In this document: positions 26,320-34,980 of the stretch, one piece after another
How positions within the stretch are numbered: position 1 is the stretch's first letter
Layout: every line of letters starts with the position of its first letter
NCBI GenBank assembly: GCA_046758365.1
Contig: JBHIAC010000012.1
Span: 1 to 40,004, forward strand
Reading direction: 5' to 3'
Source: a bacterium
GTDB taxonomy: Bacteria > Zhuqueibacterota > Zhuqueibacteria > Oceanimicrobiales > Oceanimicrobiaceae
DNA length: 40,004 bases
Translations under genes and position numbers: made by a program
Notes under the pieces: generated by a model
Seen by the model: only the letters and a program-made list of their open reading frames with translations
Told to the model about the DNA's origin: nothing
Database searches by the model: none

Positions 26320-27558
26320 ATGTCTTACGAATTTTTCATAGCTAGTCGATATTTAAAATCAAAGCGAAAAACAGGCTTTATTTCGCTCATAACTTATATT
26401 TCAATTTTTGGGGTCATGATTGGTGTGGCCGCTCTAATAATAGTTCTATCTATCATGAACGGTTTTGAAAGCGAGGTTAGAACACGAATTATTGGTTTTG
26501 GCGCCCATATTAGACTAAGAACTTTTCACAACCAAGGCTTAGAAGATTATAATAAAATTGTTAAACAAATTGAGAATTTTAATCACATCATCGGTATTTC
26601 TCCCTATATTAATGAAAAAGGTTTAATTATCAAAAAAGATAGAAAATCCGGCGTGGTCATAAAAGGCGTTGATGGCAATACTATTGGACAAGTGTCTGAT
26701 ATTGAAAATGATGTAATTTACGGAACTTTTGAAATTGGAGAAATTAAAACCGATGAACAAAAACTCCTACCGGGAATTGTATTAGGTCGCTATTTAGCAG
26801 ATAAATTGGGTGCAGGTTTAGGGGACAAAGTGCAAATTCTGAGCCCAACCGGTATAAGTCCCCTAATGAGTCGGATGCCGAGGTTAAGAACATTTCAAGT
26901 TACCGGATATTTTGAAACAGGAATATTTGAATTTGACGATGTTTTTGCTTATATTTCTTTAAAAGAGGCCCAGAGACTTTTTGGATTGAAGCATAATGTA
27001 TCGGGTTTAGAGATAAAGCTAAATGATTTAAACCAGGCAGACAATGTTTCTAACAGAATTGATGCATTACTTGGTTATCCGTATGCAACTGTCACTTGGT
27101 TTGATATGAATAAAAATCTCTTTTCTTGGATGCAGATTGAAAAATGGGCCGCCTTTATTATTTTAAGCTTGATTATTATGGTTGCCGCCTTTAATATTAT
27201 AAGTACTCTTATTATGGTCGTCTTGGAAAAGACTAAGGAAATAGGCATTTTGAAATCCATGGGGGCCACCTCTTCGGGTATTATGAAAATTTTTATGTTT
27301 GAAGGGCTGGTCGGTGGCGCCATTGGGACGATCTTGGGTTGTATTATTGGTTATGCTCTTTGTTGGTCTCAGTGGAAATATCAATATTTTTCATTACCAT
27401 CTGATGTTTACATTATTAGTGCTTTACCAATTTTAATGAAAGTAAAAGATTTTATTCTTATTTCAATAGCTGCTATTGTACTCTGTTTTTTAGCAGCTGT
27501 TTATCCAGCTTGGAAAGCGGCTCAATTAGATCCAGTGGAGGCAATTCGTTACGAATAA
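26320..27558 (+). CDS. lolC: Lipoprotein-releasing ABC transporter permease LolC/E
   Basis: FIASRYL, GVAALIIVLSIMNGFE, VAAFNI, EIGILKSMGA, YPAWKAAQLDPVEAIRYE. Confidence 0.9.
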   Translation: MSYEFFIASRYLKSKRKTGFISLITYISIFGVMIGVAALIIVLSIMNGFESEVRTRIIGFGAHIRLRTFHNQGLEDYNKIVKQIENFNHIIGISPYINEKGLIIKKDRKSGVVIKGVDGNTIGQVSDIENDVIYGTFEIGEIKTDEQKLLPGIVLGRYLADKLGAGLGDKVQILSPTGISPLMSRMPRLRTFQVTGYFETGIFEFDDVFAYISLKEAQRLFGLKHNVSGLEIKLNDLNQADNVSNRIDALLGYPYATVTWFDMNKNLFSWMQIEKWAAFIILSLIIMVAAFNIISTLIMVVLEKTKEIGILKSMGATSSGIMKIFMFEGLVGGAIGTILGCIIGYALCWSQWKYQYFSLPSDVYIISALPILMKVKDFILISIAAIVLCFLAAVYPAWKAAQLDPVEAIRYE

Positions 27559-27561
27559 GAG

Positions 27562-28266
27562 ATGTCTACGATTGCACCTATATTAATTACAAAGGATTTA
27601 CATAAATCCTATCCCATGGGCAAAGGAAGTATTCATGTTCTCAAAGGGATTAATTTGGAGGTTAACGAAGGTCAAATTGTGGCCATTGTAGGTCCATCAG
27701 GTGTGGGGAAAAGCACACTACTTCATATTCTTGGAACCCTTGATCGCCCAACAAGAGGGAGTGTTGAAATTAACCACACCAAAGTGTTTGATTTTAATGA
27801 TAAAGAATTAGCTGCTTTTCGAAATAAGACTATCGGTTTTGTTTTTCAATTTCATTATCTTTTGCCGGAATTTACGGCGCTTGAAAATGTAATGATGCCT
27901 AAGTTAATTGCTGGGTTTGAAAAATCTGAAATGAAAAAAAGAGCTAAGTTTCTTTTATCAGAAGTTGGATTAAAAGATCGTTTCAACCATAGACCTGGCG
28001 AGCTTTCTGGTGGAGAATTGCAGAGGGTGGCTGTGGCTCGGGCTTTGATTAATGAGCCTAAAATTGTCTTAGCGGATGAACCTTCTGGAAACTTAGATCA
28101 AGGAAATAGTCAGGCCTTACATGAATTGCTTTGGAATTTGAGCCAAAAATACAAAAGGACCTTTATTATTGTTACGCATAACCTTGAACTGGCAGAAAGT
28201 GCTGATAAGGTTGTTGATTTATTTGATGGACGTATCAAGAACGAACATTTGTATCAATTAATCTAG
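27562..28266 (+). CDS. lolD: Lipoprotein-releasing ABC transporter ATP-binding protein
   Basis: GPSGVGKST, GFVFQFHYLLPEFTALENV, LSGGELQRVA, LADEP; directly follows lolC/E. Confidence 0.93.
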   Translation: MSTIAPILITKDLHKSYPMGKGSIHVLKGINLEVNEGQIVAIVGPSGVGKSTLLHILGTLDRPTRGSVEINHTKVFDFNDKELAAFRNKTIGFVFQFHYLLPEFTALENVMMPKLIAGFEKSEMKKRAKFLLSEVGLKDRFNHRPGELSGGELQRVAVARALINEPKIVLADEPSGNLDQGNSQALHELLWNLSQKYKRTFIIVTHNLELAESADKVVDLFDGRIKNEHLYQLI

Positions 28267-28267
28267 T

Positions 28268-28795
28268 ATGTTGTGCCAACTTTGCAAAATTAATAAGGCT
28301 GTTGTTAAATTAACTCAAGTCATAAATAATAAAAAAATTGAAATAAATCTCTGCAAAAAATGTGTAGAAGAGAGGGGAATGGATAATCCTATAACAGCAA
28401 CATCACAATTATTTGGCAATTTTTTAATGGCTCTGCTTGGTGAAGATATTTTCAAACGTCGGAAGGAGATAAGAAGCATAAAATGCCCTGGATGTGGTAT
28501 AACTTGGGATGATTTTCAAAATACTGGCCTATTTGGGTGTGATATTTGCTACCAATCATTTCACGAGGATTTAAAAGTAATTTTGAGAAGAATTCACGGA
28601 AGTAACCAACATATAGGAAGTCGCCCCAAAGTACACAGGCACGTTGTAGACGAAACGGAGTTGGAAAGGCTGCAATTAGAACTCAAACACGCCATCGAAA
28701 ATGAACATTTTGAAAAGGCCGCAGAACTAAGAGATATCGTTCGAGACGCGCAAAGGGAAATTGATAAAAGAGATAACAATGGAATCCGGAGATGA
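28268..28795 (+). CDS. mcsA: McsA, activator of the protein-arginine kinase
   Basis: Four CxxC motifs (CQLC, CKKC, CPGC, CDIC), IHGSNQHIG, C-terminal UVR domain EHFEKAAELRD. Confidence 0.93.
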   Translation: MLCQLCKINKAVVKLTQVINNKKIEINLCKKCVEERGMDNPITATSQLFGNFLMALLGEDIFKRRKEIRSIKCPGCGITWDDFQNTGLFGCDICYQSFHEDLKVILRRIHGSNQHIGSRPKVHRHVVDETELERLQLELKHAIENEHFEKAAELRDIVRDAQREIDKRDNNGIRR

Positions 28796-29898
28796 ATTCT
28801 GTTATGCCTCAAAAAGTAAAAGATGATTCAGCTACGACTGTTTTATCAAAAAAAATAGATGACTTACTCTGGAGTTTTGGGCACTGGCTTACCCATGAAG
28901 ATGAATACTCGGATATCATTTTATCTTCTCGTATAAGAATAGCTCGTAATATAAAAGGATACTCTTTTCCAAATCGCGCTTCAAATAATAATTTAAATCA
29001 AGTTGTTAAAAAGGTTAAATCTGCCTGTTTAAAATGTAAAAGTTTGCATAAAGCGATCTATATTGAAGTTGATAATCTATCTGAATGGGAAAAAAGATTT
29101 TTTGTTGAAAGAAGATTGGCGAGTCCACAATTTATTGAAAAGACGCGACCGTCTTTACTGGTCGTGGGGCCTCTGGAAAGTCTGAGTATTATGGTTAATG
29201 AGGAGGATCATCTTAGAATTCAAGCCTTAGATGCTGGTTTGGGAATAAAAGAAGCTTGGAAAGTAATCAGCCGAGTGGATGATGAGTTGGAAGAAAATTT
29301 GCCGTACAGCTATTCAAATCAATTTGGATATTTAACTGCTTGCCCAACGAACACGGGTACGGGCATGAGAGTTTCGATTTTTATCCACCTCCCTGCTTTA
29401 GCCATGAAAGACCAGATCAATTCTGTAATTCAGCAACTACCAACCTCTGAAATAGCCATTCGTGGGTTTTATGGTGAAGGCACCGAGCCGGTTGGCAGTA
29501 TTTTCCAGATTTCCAATCAGCTTACATTAGGCCGAACTGAAAAAGGTATGATTGAACGACTGGAAATGATTGCCAAAAAATTGGTTGATTTAGAACGTAA
29601 AGCTCGAAAAGAATTACTAAAAGAAGATAAAATAAAATTAGAAGACTCCATTTTTCGAGCGCTGGGAATTTTAAAAAATGCTCGAATCATTAGCTCATTG
29701 GAAGCTATGAATTTACTTTCTACCCTACGGTTAGGTACAGAGTTGGGATTGCTAAAAAATATCAGTCGAATAGCTTTGAATCAACTTTTGGTTTTGGTTC
29801 AACCTGCTCATTTGCAGAAAATTTATAACAAAAAATTGAGTGCTCGTAAGAGGGACATAAATCGGGCGAAATTTATCAGACAAAATTTACAAGTTTAG
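28792..29898 (+). CDS. mcsB: Protein-arginine kinase McsB
   Basis: SSRIRIARN, MVNEEDHLRIQ, GYLTACPTNTGTGMR, QISNQLTLG, QPAHLQ, RDINRA. ATGA overlap with mcsA. Confidence 0.96.
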   Translation: MNSVMPQKVKDDSATTVLSKKIDDLLWSFGHWLTHEDEYSDIILSSRIRIARNIKGYSFPNRASNNNLNQVVKKVKSACLKCKSLHKAIYIEVDNLSEWEKRFFVERRLASPQFIEKTRPSLLVVGPLESLSIMVNEEDHLRIQALDAGLGIKEAWKVISRVDDELEENLPYSYSNQFGYLTACPTNTGTGMRVSIFIHLPALAMKDQINSVIQQLPTSEIAIRGFYGEGTEPVGSIFQISNQLTLGRTEKGMIERLEMIAKKLVDLERKARKELLKEDKIKLEDSIFRALGILKNARIISSLEAMNLLSTLRLGTELGLLKNISRIALNQLLVLVQPAHLQKIYNKKLSARKRDINRAKFIRQNLQV

Positions 29899-30037
29899 AG
29901 CAATAGAAACTTTGTGGTGAAATAAATCGTTAGTTAATTTGAATACATAATATATGGAAGCCTTTTCTTTACATATTTGTTAGAACTAAAGAGAACTATA
30001 AAAATGATTGAATACTTTAAGAAATGGAGTCAGAAAT

Positions 30038-32524
30038 ATGAAAAATAATTTTTCAAGTAGAGTTCAAATGGTGATCCAGTTCTCTAGGGAGGAGGCTTTG
30101 CGGTTAGGTCATGATTACATTGGCACTGAGCATTTACTACTGGGCCTTATTCGGGAGGGCGAAGGAATAGCTGTTGAGATTTTACGTAATTTGGGATGTG
30201 ATCTTGATGAAATCAAACATGCAATCGAAGACTCGGTGAAATCTGCTGGTGAAACCATGACTATTGGTAACATACCTTTTACCAAACGAGCCGAAAAGAT
30301 CTTAAAAATGGCCTATGTGGAAGCGGAAAAATATAAATCCGATATCATCGGTACCGAACATCTTCTTTTGGCCTTGGTTAAAGAAAAGGATGGGGTGGCG
30401 GCTCAGGTACTTCTAAGTTTTGATGTCACTTATGATACTGTCAGAGAAGAATTAGAAAACATCCTGCGCGGGGCCCCATCAAGCCGTGAAGTCGGTCATC
30501 AAAAATCAAAAACACCAGCCCTTGACCATTTTGGTCGAGATCTAACTGAGCTGGCGCGTAAAAGCGAATTGGATCCCATTATTGGTCGAGACAACGAAAT
30601 TCAACGGGTTGCTCAAATTCTTAGTCGTAGAAAGAAAAATAATCCCGTACTCATAGGTGAACCCGGTGTGGGTAAAACAGCGATTGCCGAAGGCTTGGCG
30701 CTAAGAATCATTGAAAGAAAAGTTCCAAGAATTCTTCACAACAAACGGGTAGTTACATTGGATTTGGGCGCCATTGTAGCCGGTACAAAATATCGTGGTC
30801 AATTTGAAGAAAGAATGAAGGCCATAATGAATGAGTTGTACAGGGCTAAGGATGTGATATTGTTCATTGATGAATTACATACGATTGTTGGGGCTGGTGG
30901 CGCCTCAGGATCTCTGGATGCATCGAATATGTTTAAGCCGGCCTTATCGCGTGGCGAGCTTCAATGCATTGGCGCAACAACTTTGGATGAGTATCGTCAA
31001 TATATTGAAAAAGATGGGGCTTTAGAAAGGCGTTTTCAAAAGATCATGGTAGATCCGCCTTCGGCCGAAGAAACTCTTCAAATCCTTGTGGGCTTACAAG
31101 ATAGATATGAGGCCCACCATAAGGTGAAATATATCGATGAAGCTATTAAAGCGTCTGTCAAACTCTCTGAACGCTATATTACCGATCGATATCTCCCAGA
31201 TAAAGCAATTGATGTTCTGGATGAAACTGGAGCCCGTGTGCATTTGGCTAATATTGTTGTGCCTAAAGAGGTTACCGATTTGGAGGAAGAAATTAAGAAA
31301 GTTAAAAGAGAAAAGGATTCTGTAATTAAAGCTCAAGAATTTGAGAGAGCCGCGGTATTGCGGGATCAAGAAAAAAGATTAAACCGGAAACTGGAAGCTG
31401 CTAAGCGTCGATGGAAAGATACCGAAGAAGAATTCATTGCTACGGTCACTGAAGATGATATTGCCGAAGTCGTATCTATGATGACCGGCATCCCCATTAA
31501 AAAAGTAGCCCAATCTGAATCTGAAAAAATTCTTGGAATGGAGAATGAACTGAAAAAGCACATTGTTGGACAGGATGATGCTATCCATTTACTAAGTAAG
31601 GCCATTCGAAGAACACGTGCCGGACTTAAAGACCCTAATCGCCCAATTGGCTCTTTCATATTCCTTGGACCCACCGGGGTTGGCAAGACAGAGCTTGCCA
31701 AAGAATTGGCTCGTTATCTTTTTGAAGATGATGATGCTTTGGTAAGAATTGACATGTCAGAATACATGGAAAAATTTTCTGTTTCTCGGCTAACCGGAGC
31801 GCCTCCAGGCTATGTAGGATATGAAGAAGGGGGTCAATTAACAGAAAAAGTGCGACGGCATCCCTATTCTGTGGTTTTATTTGATGAAATTGAAAAAGCT
31901 CATCCAGATGTATTTAATATTCTCCTCCAAATTCTCGATGATGGTCAACTGACTGATGGACTAGGGAGGAGGGTTGATTTTAAAAACACGATTTTGATTA
32001 TGACTTCTAATATTGGCGCCAGAGAAATAAGAAAAGGGGGGAGCTTTGGATTCTCCTCTATTCCAGATACCATAGATTATGACTCAATGCGTCATAAAAT
32101 AATGGATGAAGTCAAACGATTATTTAATCCAGAATTTATAAACCGTGTAGATGAAATCGTGGTATTTCGCTCTCTCACGAAAGAACATATGTTAGAGATC
32201 GTGGATATAGTTATCGAAGAAATGCTTGACAAGGTGCAAGACCGAGAAATTGAAATTGAACTCACCAAAGGGGCTAAAGAATTTATCGTTGTACATGGTT
32301 TTGACCCTGTATTCGGAGCCCGTCCTTTAAGAAGAACTATTCAAAAATTCATTGAGGATCCAATTGCTGAAGAAATCCTTAAAGGTAAATTCACCGATGG
32401 AAGTCATATTTTAGTTAAGAAAAAGGGGGACGGGTTAGATTTTACAGAAGTAGCGCGAAAGAAAACTAGAGTAAATCATAACCAAAATAAACAAAAACCA
32501 AAAGCAGAAGAGATTGAAGGTTAG
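30038..32524 (+). CDS. clpC: ATP-dependent Clp protease ATPase ClpC
   Basis: Two Clp-N repeats (GTEHLLL), AAA1 [11 protein letters not shown] middle domain, AAA2 GPTGVGKT, ClpP-docking loop (FGF). GGAG before ATG 30038. Confidence 0.96.
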   Translation: MKNNFSSRVQMVIQFSREEALRLGHDYIGTEHLLLGLIREGEGIAVEILRNLGCDLDEIKHAIEDSVKSAGETMTIGNIPFTKRAEKILKMAYVEAEKYKSDIIGTEHLLLALVKEKDGVAAQVLLSFDVTYDTVREELENILRGAPSSREVGHQKSKTPALDHFGRDLTELARKSELDPIIGRDNEIQRVAQILSRRKKNNPVLIGEPGVGKTAIAEGLALRIIERKVPRILHNKRVVTLDLGAIVAGTKYRGQFEERMKAIMNELYRAKDVILFIDELHTIVGAGGASGSLDASNMFKPALSRGELQCIGATTLDEYRQYIEKDGALERRFQKIMVDPPSAEETLQILVGLQDRYEAHHKVKYIDEAIKASVKLSERYITDRYLPDKAIDVLDETGARVHLANIVVPKEVTDLEEEIKKVKREKDSVIKAQEFERAAVLRDQEKRLNRKLEAAKRRWKDTEEEFIATVTEDDIAEVVSMMTGIPIKKVAQSESEKILGMENELKKHIVGQDDAIHLLSKAIRRTRAGLKDPNRPIGSFIFLGPTGVGKTELAKELARYLFEDDDALVRIDMSEYMEKFSVSRLTGAPPGYVGYEEGGQLTEKVRRHPYSVVLFDEIEKAHPDVFNILLQILDDGQLTDGLGRRVDFKNTILIMTSNIGAREIRKGGSFGFSSIPDTIDYDSMRHKIMDEVKRLFNPEFINRVDEIVVFRSLTKEHMLEIVDIVIEEMLDKVQDREIEIELTKGAKEFIVVHGFDPVFGARPLRRTIQKFIEDPIAEEILKGKFTDGSHILVKKKGDGLDFTEVARKKTRVNHNQNKQKPKAEEIEG

Positions 32525-32652
32525 ATTTTCTATAAATTAATTCTCTCACTAAACCTGAAGACAATATTAGTTTTTCGAGTTTTATGACTTTGATGCAAAA
32601 AGCTAACCTTCTTTTAATTTACTGTATTTCCGCGATTTTTTAAGGTTAATAA

Positions 32653-33810
32653 ATGATAGCCTCAAAGGTTAATATTAAAGCATTTCGATCTATATTTGAA
32701 TTGAGCCTTCCTGTTGATCCCAAAGTTACCGTGATGATTGGTGCTAATGAAAGCGGTAAAACCAATTTACTCCGCTCTATTGAAGCATTTAGGCCGAACT
32801 TTCCATTAAATATTAATTTAACCTGTCAATATTCGGATTATTATTATCAAGGAAAGTGTCCTGAAATTACAATAGAATTTTCACAAATCTCTCGCGAAAA
32901 CAGAAGAAATCTAGTCCCTCTGTACGAAGCTTTTAAGGATGTAGAAAAATTTCAAGTGAAAAAAGATGGACCAGAGTTGTCTAATTATCACGTTTTTATA
33001 AACAATGAAGAGATTCAAGTAGCTAATATTAAGAGACTTTTAAATTATTTACCCAAGATACTTTTCTTCGATGACATTTCTTTAATTAAAAATTACGTAG
33101 AAGTGGATGCTCTCTTAAATGGAGATAAAAATCATACAACGGAACGAAACTTACTTAAAATTGGCGGACTACAAAATAATTACGAACTTATTTTTGAAGA
33201 CTCCACGCGAGGACGGCGAGCCAGCGAAGAAGCCGGTAAATTGATTACCCAACAAATTCGTCGTGTCTGGTCTCAAGAGCCTACTATTGAAATCAAACTC
33301 AATGTAAATGGAAAAGTTTTGTACATAGATATTTCTGATGGCACTACGGTATTTGACACTCCGGAGTCTCGAAGTCTGGGGTTTCGCTGGTATCTTTCAT
33401 TTTACATAAATTTTATTGCTCAGACATTTGATGCAAAAGCAAATGAATACTTTTTCTTGCTTGACGAACCTGGAATTCATCTGCATCCAGCAGGACAAAA
33501 GGATCTTACAAAAGTCATGGAAGATTTGGCCATAAAAAATCAACTCATTTATACAACCCATTCCCCCTTCATGATAAACAGAGAATTTCCCCAACGTGTT
33601 CGTTTGGTCACTAAAGGAAGGGAAGGTACCAAAGTAGATTCTCATGCTTATCGAGATAATTGGAAACCGCTACGCCGTTCTATTGGTCTGATGATAGGAG
33701 ACCTCTTCTTTTTTAATGATAGCAGTTTGATTGTTGAAGTTCCCTCCAAGAAAATTCCCTTGGTTAAAAAATTTCGTTTTTTCAAAAATAATGCTCGTCA
33801 GAACAATTAG
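32653..33810 (+). CDS. OLD/AAA_15-type ABC ATPase without TOPRIM domain
   Basis: Walker A GANESGKT, signature RSLGFRWYLSF, Walker B LLDEPGIHLHP, H-loop TTHSPFMI. Ends shortly after SLIVEV. Confidence 0.8.
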   Translation: MIASKVNIKAFRSIFELSLPVDPKVTVMIGANESGKTNLLRSIEAFRPNFPLNINLTCQYSDYYYQGKCPEITIEFSQISRENRRNLVPLYEAFKDVEKFQVKKDGPELSNYHVFINNEEIQVANIKRLLNYLPKILFFDDISLIKNYVEVDALLNGDKNHTTERNLLKIGGLQNNYELIFEDSTRGRRASEEAGKLITQQIRRVWSQEPTIEIKLNVNGKVLYIDISDGTTVFDTPESRSLGFRWYLSFYINFIAQTFDAKANEYFFLLDEPGIHLHPAGQKDLTKVMEDLAIKNQLIYTTHSPFMINREFPQRVRLVTKGREGTKVDSHAYRDNWKPLRRSIGLMIGDLFFFNDSSLIVEVPSKKIPLVKKFRFFKNNARQNN

Positions 33811-33818
33811 TCCGGTTT

Positions 33819-34757
33819 ATGAACTCACCGAGTAAGTCCATTTGTGACGTTCCTGGTATTCGAGTAGGACATGCACATAACGATTTAGCCAAAACGGGTT
33901 GTACGGTTATTATTCCTGAGAATGGTGCGATAGGCGGTATTGATATTCGCGGTTCTGCACCGGGAACCAGAGAAGTCGAGACTTTAAAGCCCGTGCGTTT
34001 AGTACCTAAAATCCACGCTATCTTGCTTACAGGAGGCAGTGCCTTCGGCTTAGACGCCTCGGGGGGTGTACAGCAATTTCTGGAAGAGAGAAATATGGGT
34101 TACGATGTCGACGTAACCAAGGTCCCGGTAGTTCCATCGGCGGTAATATTTGATCTTCGAGAAGGGGACCCCAAAATTCGTCCAGATAAAAAAATGGGAT
34201 ACGAAGCCGCCTCCAATGCCAGCATCAACAACCATCAAGAAGGGAGAGTTGGGGTAGGTAGAGGGGCGACGGTTGGGAAAATTATAGGTCATGAACACTG
34301 TATGTTGGGTGGGGTGGGAACTTCTTCGGAAAAGTTAGGGGAGATATATTTGGGGGTTTTGGTCGTGGTGAACGCTCTTGGAGATATTGTTGAACCAACT
34401 TCTGGGAAAATTATTGCAGGGGCTAAAGATCCGCAAACCGGGGATTTCGTGAATACGGTAGAATTTTTAAAAGAACATCATTTAAATCCTTTTCAACCTT
34501 CAACAAATACTACATTAGCCGTGGTCGCAACTGACGCCCAATTAACTAAAGAAGAAGCTATTAAGGTTGCGCAAATGGCTCAGGATGGAATAAGTAGAAC
34601 CATTCTTCCGGCTCATACACCTTTTGATGGAGATATTGTTTTTTGCTTATCTTTGGGAGAGAAAAATGGTAATGTGATGTCAATAGGCTCCGCAGCGGCA
34701 GAGGTAGTTGCTGAGACTATTGTTAGAGCTGTCAAAATAGCCAATAAATTGAAATAG
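33819..34757 (+). CDS. P1 / DmpA-like peptidase (family S58)
   Basis: DVPGIRVGH, RGSAPGTRE, LTGGSAFGL, GATVGK, NTTLAVVATD, HTPFDGD. Confidence 0.92.
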   Translation: MNSPSKSICDVPGIRVGHAHNDLAKTGCTVIIPENGAIGGIDIRGSAPGTREVETLKPVRLVPKIHAILLTGGSAFGLDASGGVQQFLEERNMGYDVDVTKVPVVPSAVIFDLREGDPKIRPDKKMGYEAASNASINNHQEGRVGVGRGATVGKIIGHEHCMLGGVGTSSEKLGEIYLGVLVVVNALGDIVEPTSGKIIAGAKDPQTGDFVNTVEFLKEHHLNPFQPSTNTTLAVVATDAQLTKEEAIKVAQMAQDGISRTILPAHTPFDGDIVFCLSLGEKNGNVMSIGSAAAEVVAETIVRAVKIANKLK

Positions 34758-34793
34758 ACTATTCTATAAGTTTTTATTATGGCGGGAGGAATC

Positions 34794-34980
34794 ATGATTT
34801 TTACATATAAGGTGATATGAATCAAATTCGTATAGGTGTGAGAACTAATATTCGGGATGGTTCGATTCTTCATGTGACTGTGGATAAATGGTCGCTTAAT
34901 ATTGGAATCCAAGTAACTGTGGGTCACGGGACAATTCTGCATGGTTGTACAGTTGAAAATCACTGTTTAATTGGAATGGG
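34794..34980 (+). pseudogene. Gamma-carbonic anhydrase (YrdA/CaiE-like) remnant
   Basis: GGAGGA plus ATG 34794 gives MIFTYK, then a different frame gives GDMNQIRIGVRTNIRDGSILHVT...VTVGHGTILHGCTVENHCLIGMG. The N-terminal hexapeptide repeats and the whole C-terminal part are missing. Confidence 0.85.

Noticed and set aside
32550..32586. Possible terminator after clpC
   Set aside because: The stem is AT-rich with mismatches and is too weak to call.
32653..34757. Gabija, PARIS or Septu-type defence system
   Set aside because: No TOPRIM, HNH or UvrD partner is adjacent, and the neighbours are housekeeping and peptidase genes.
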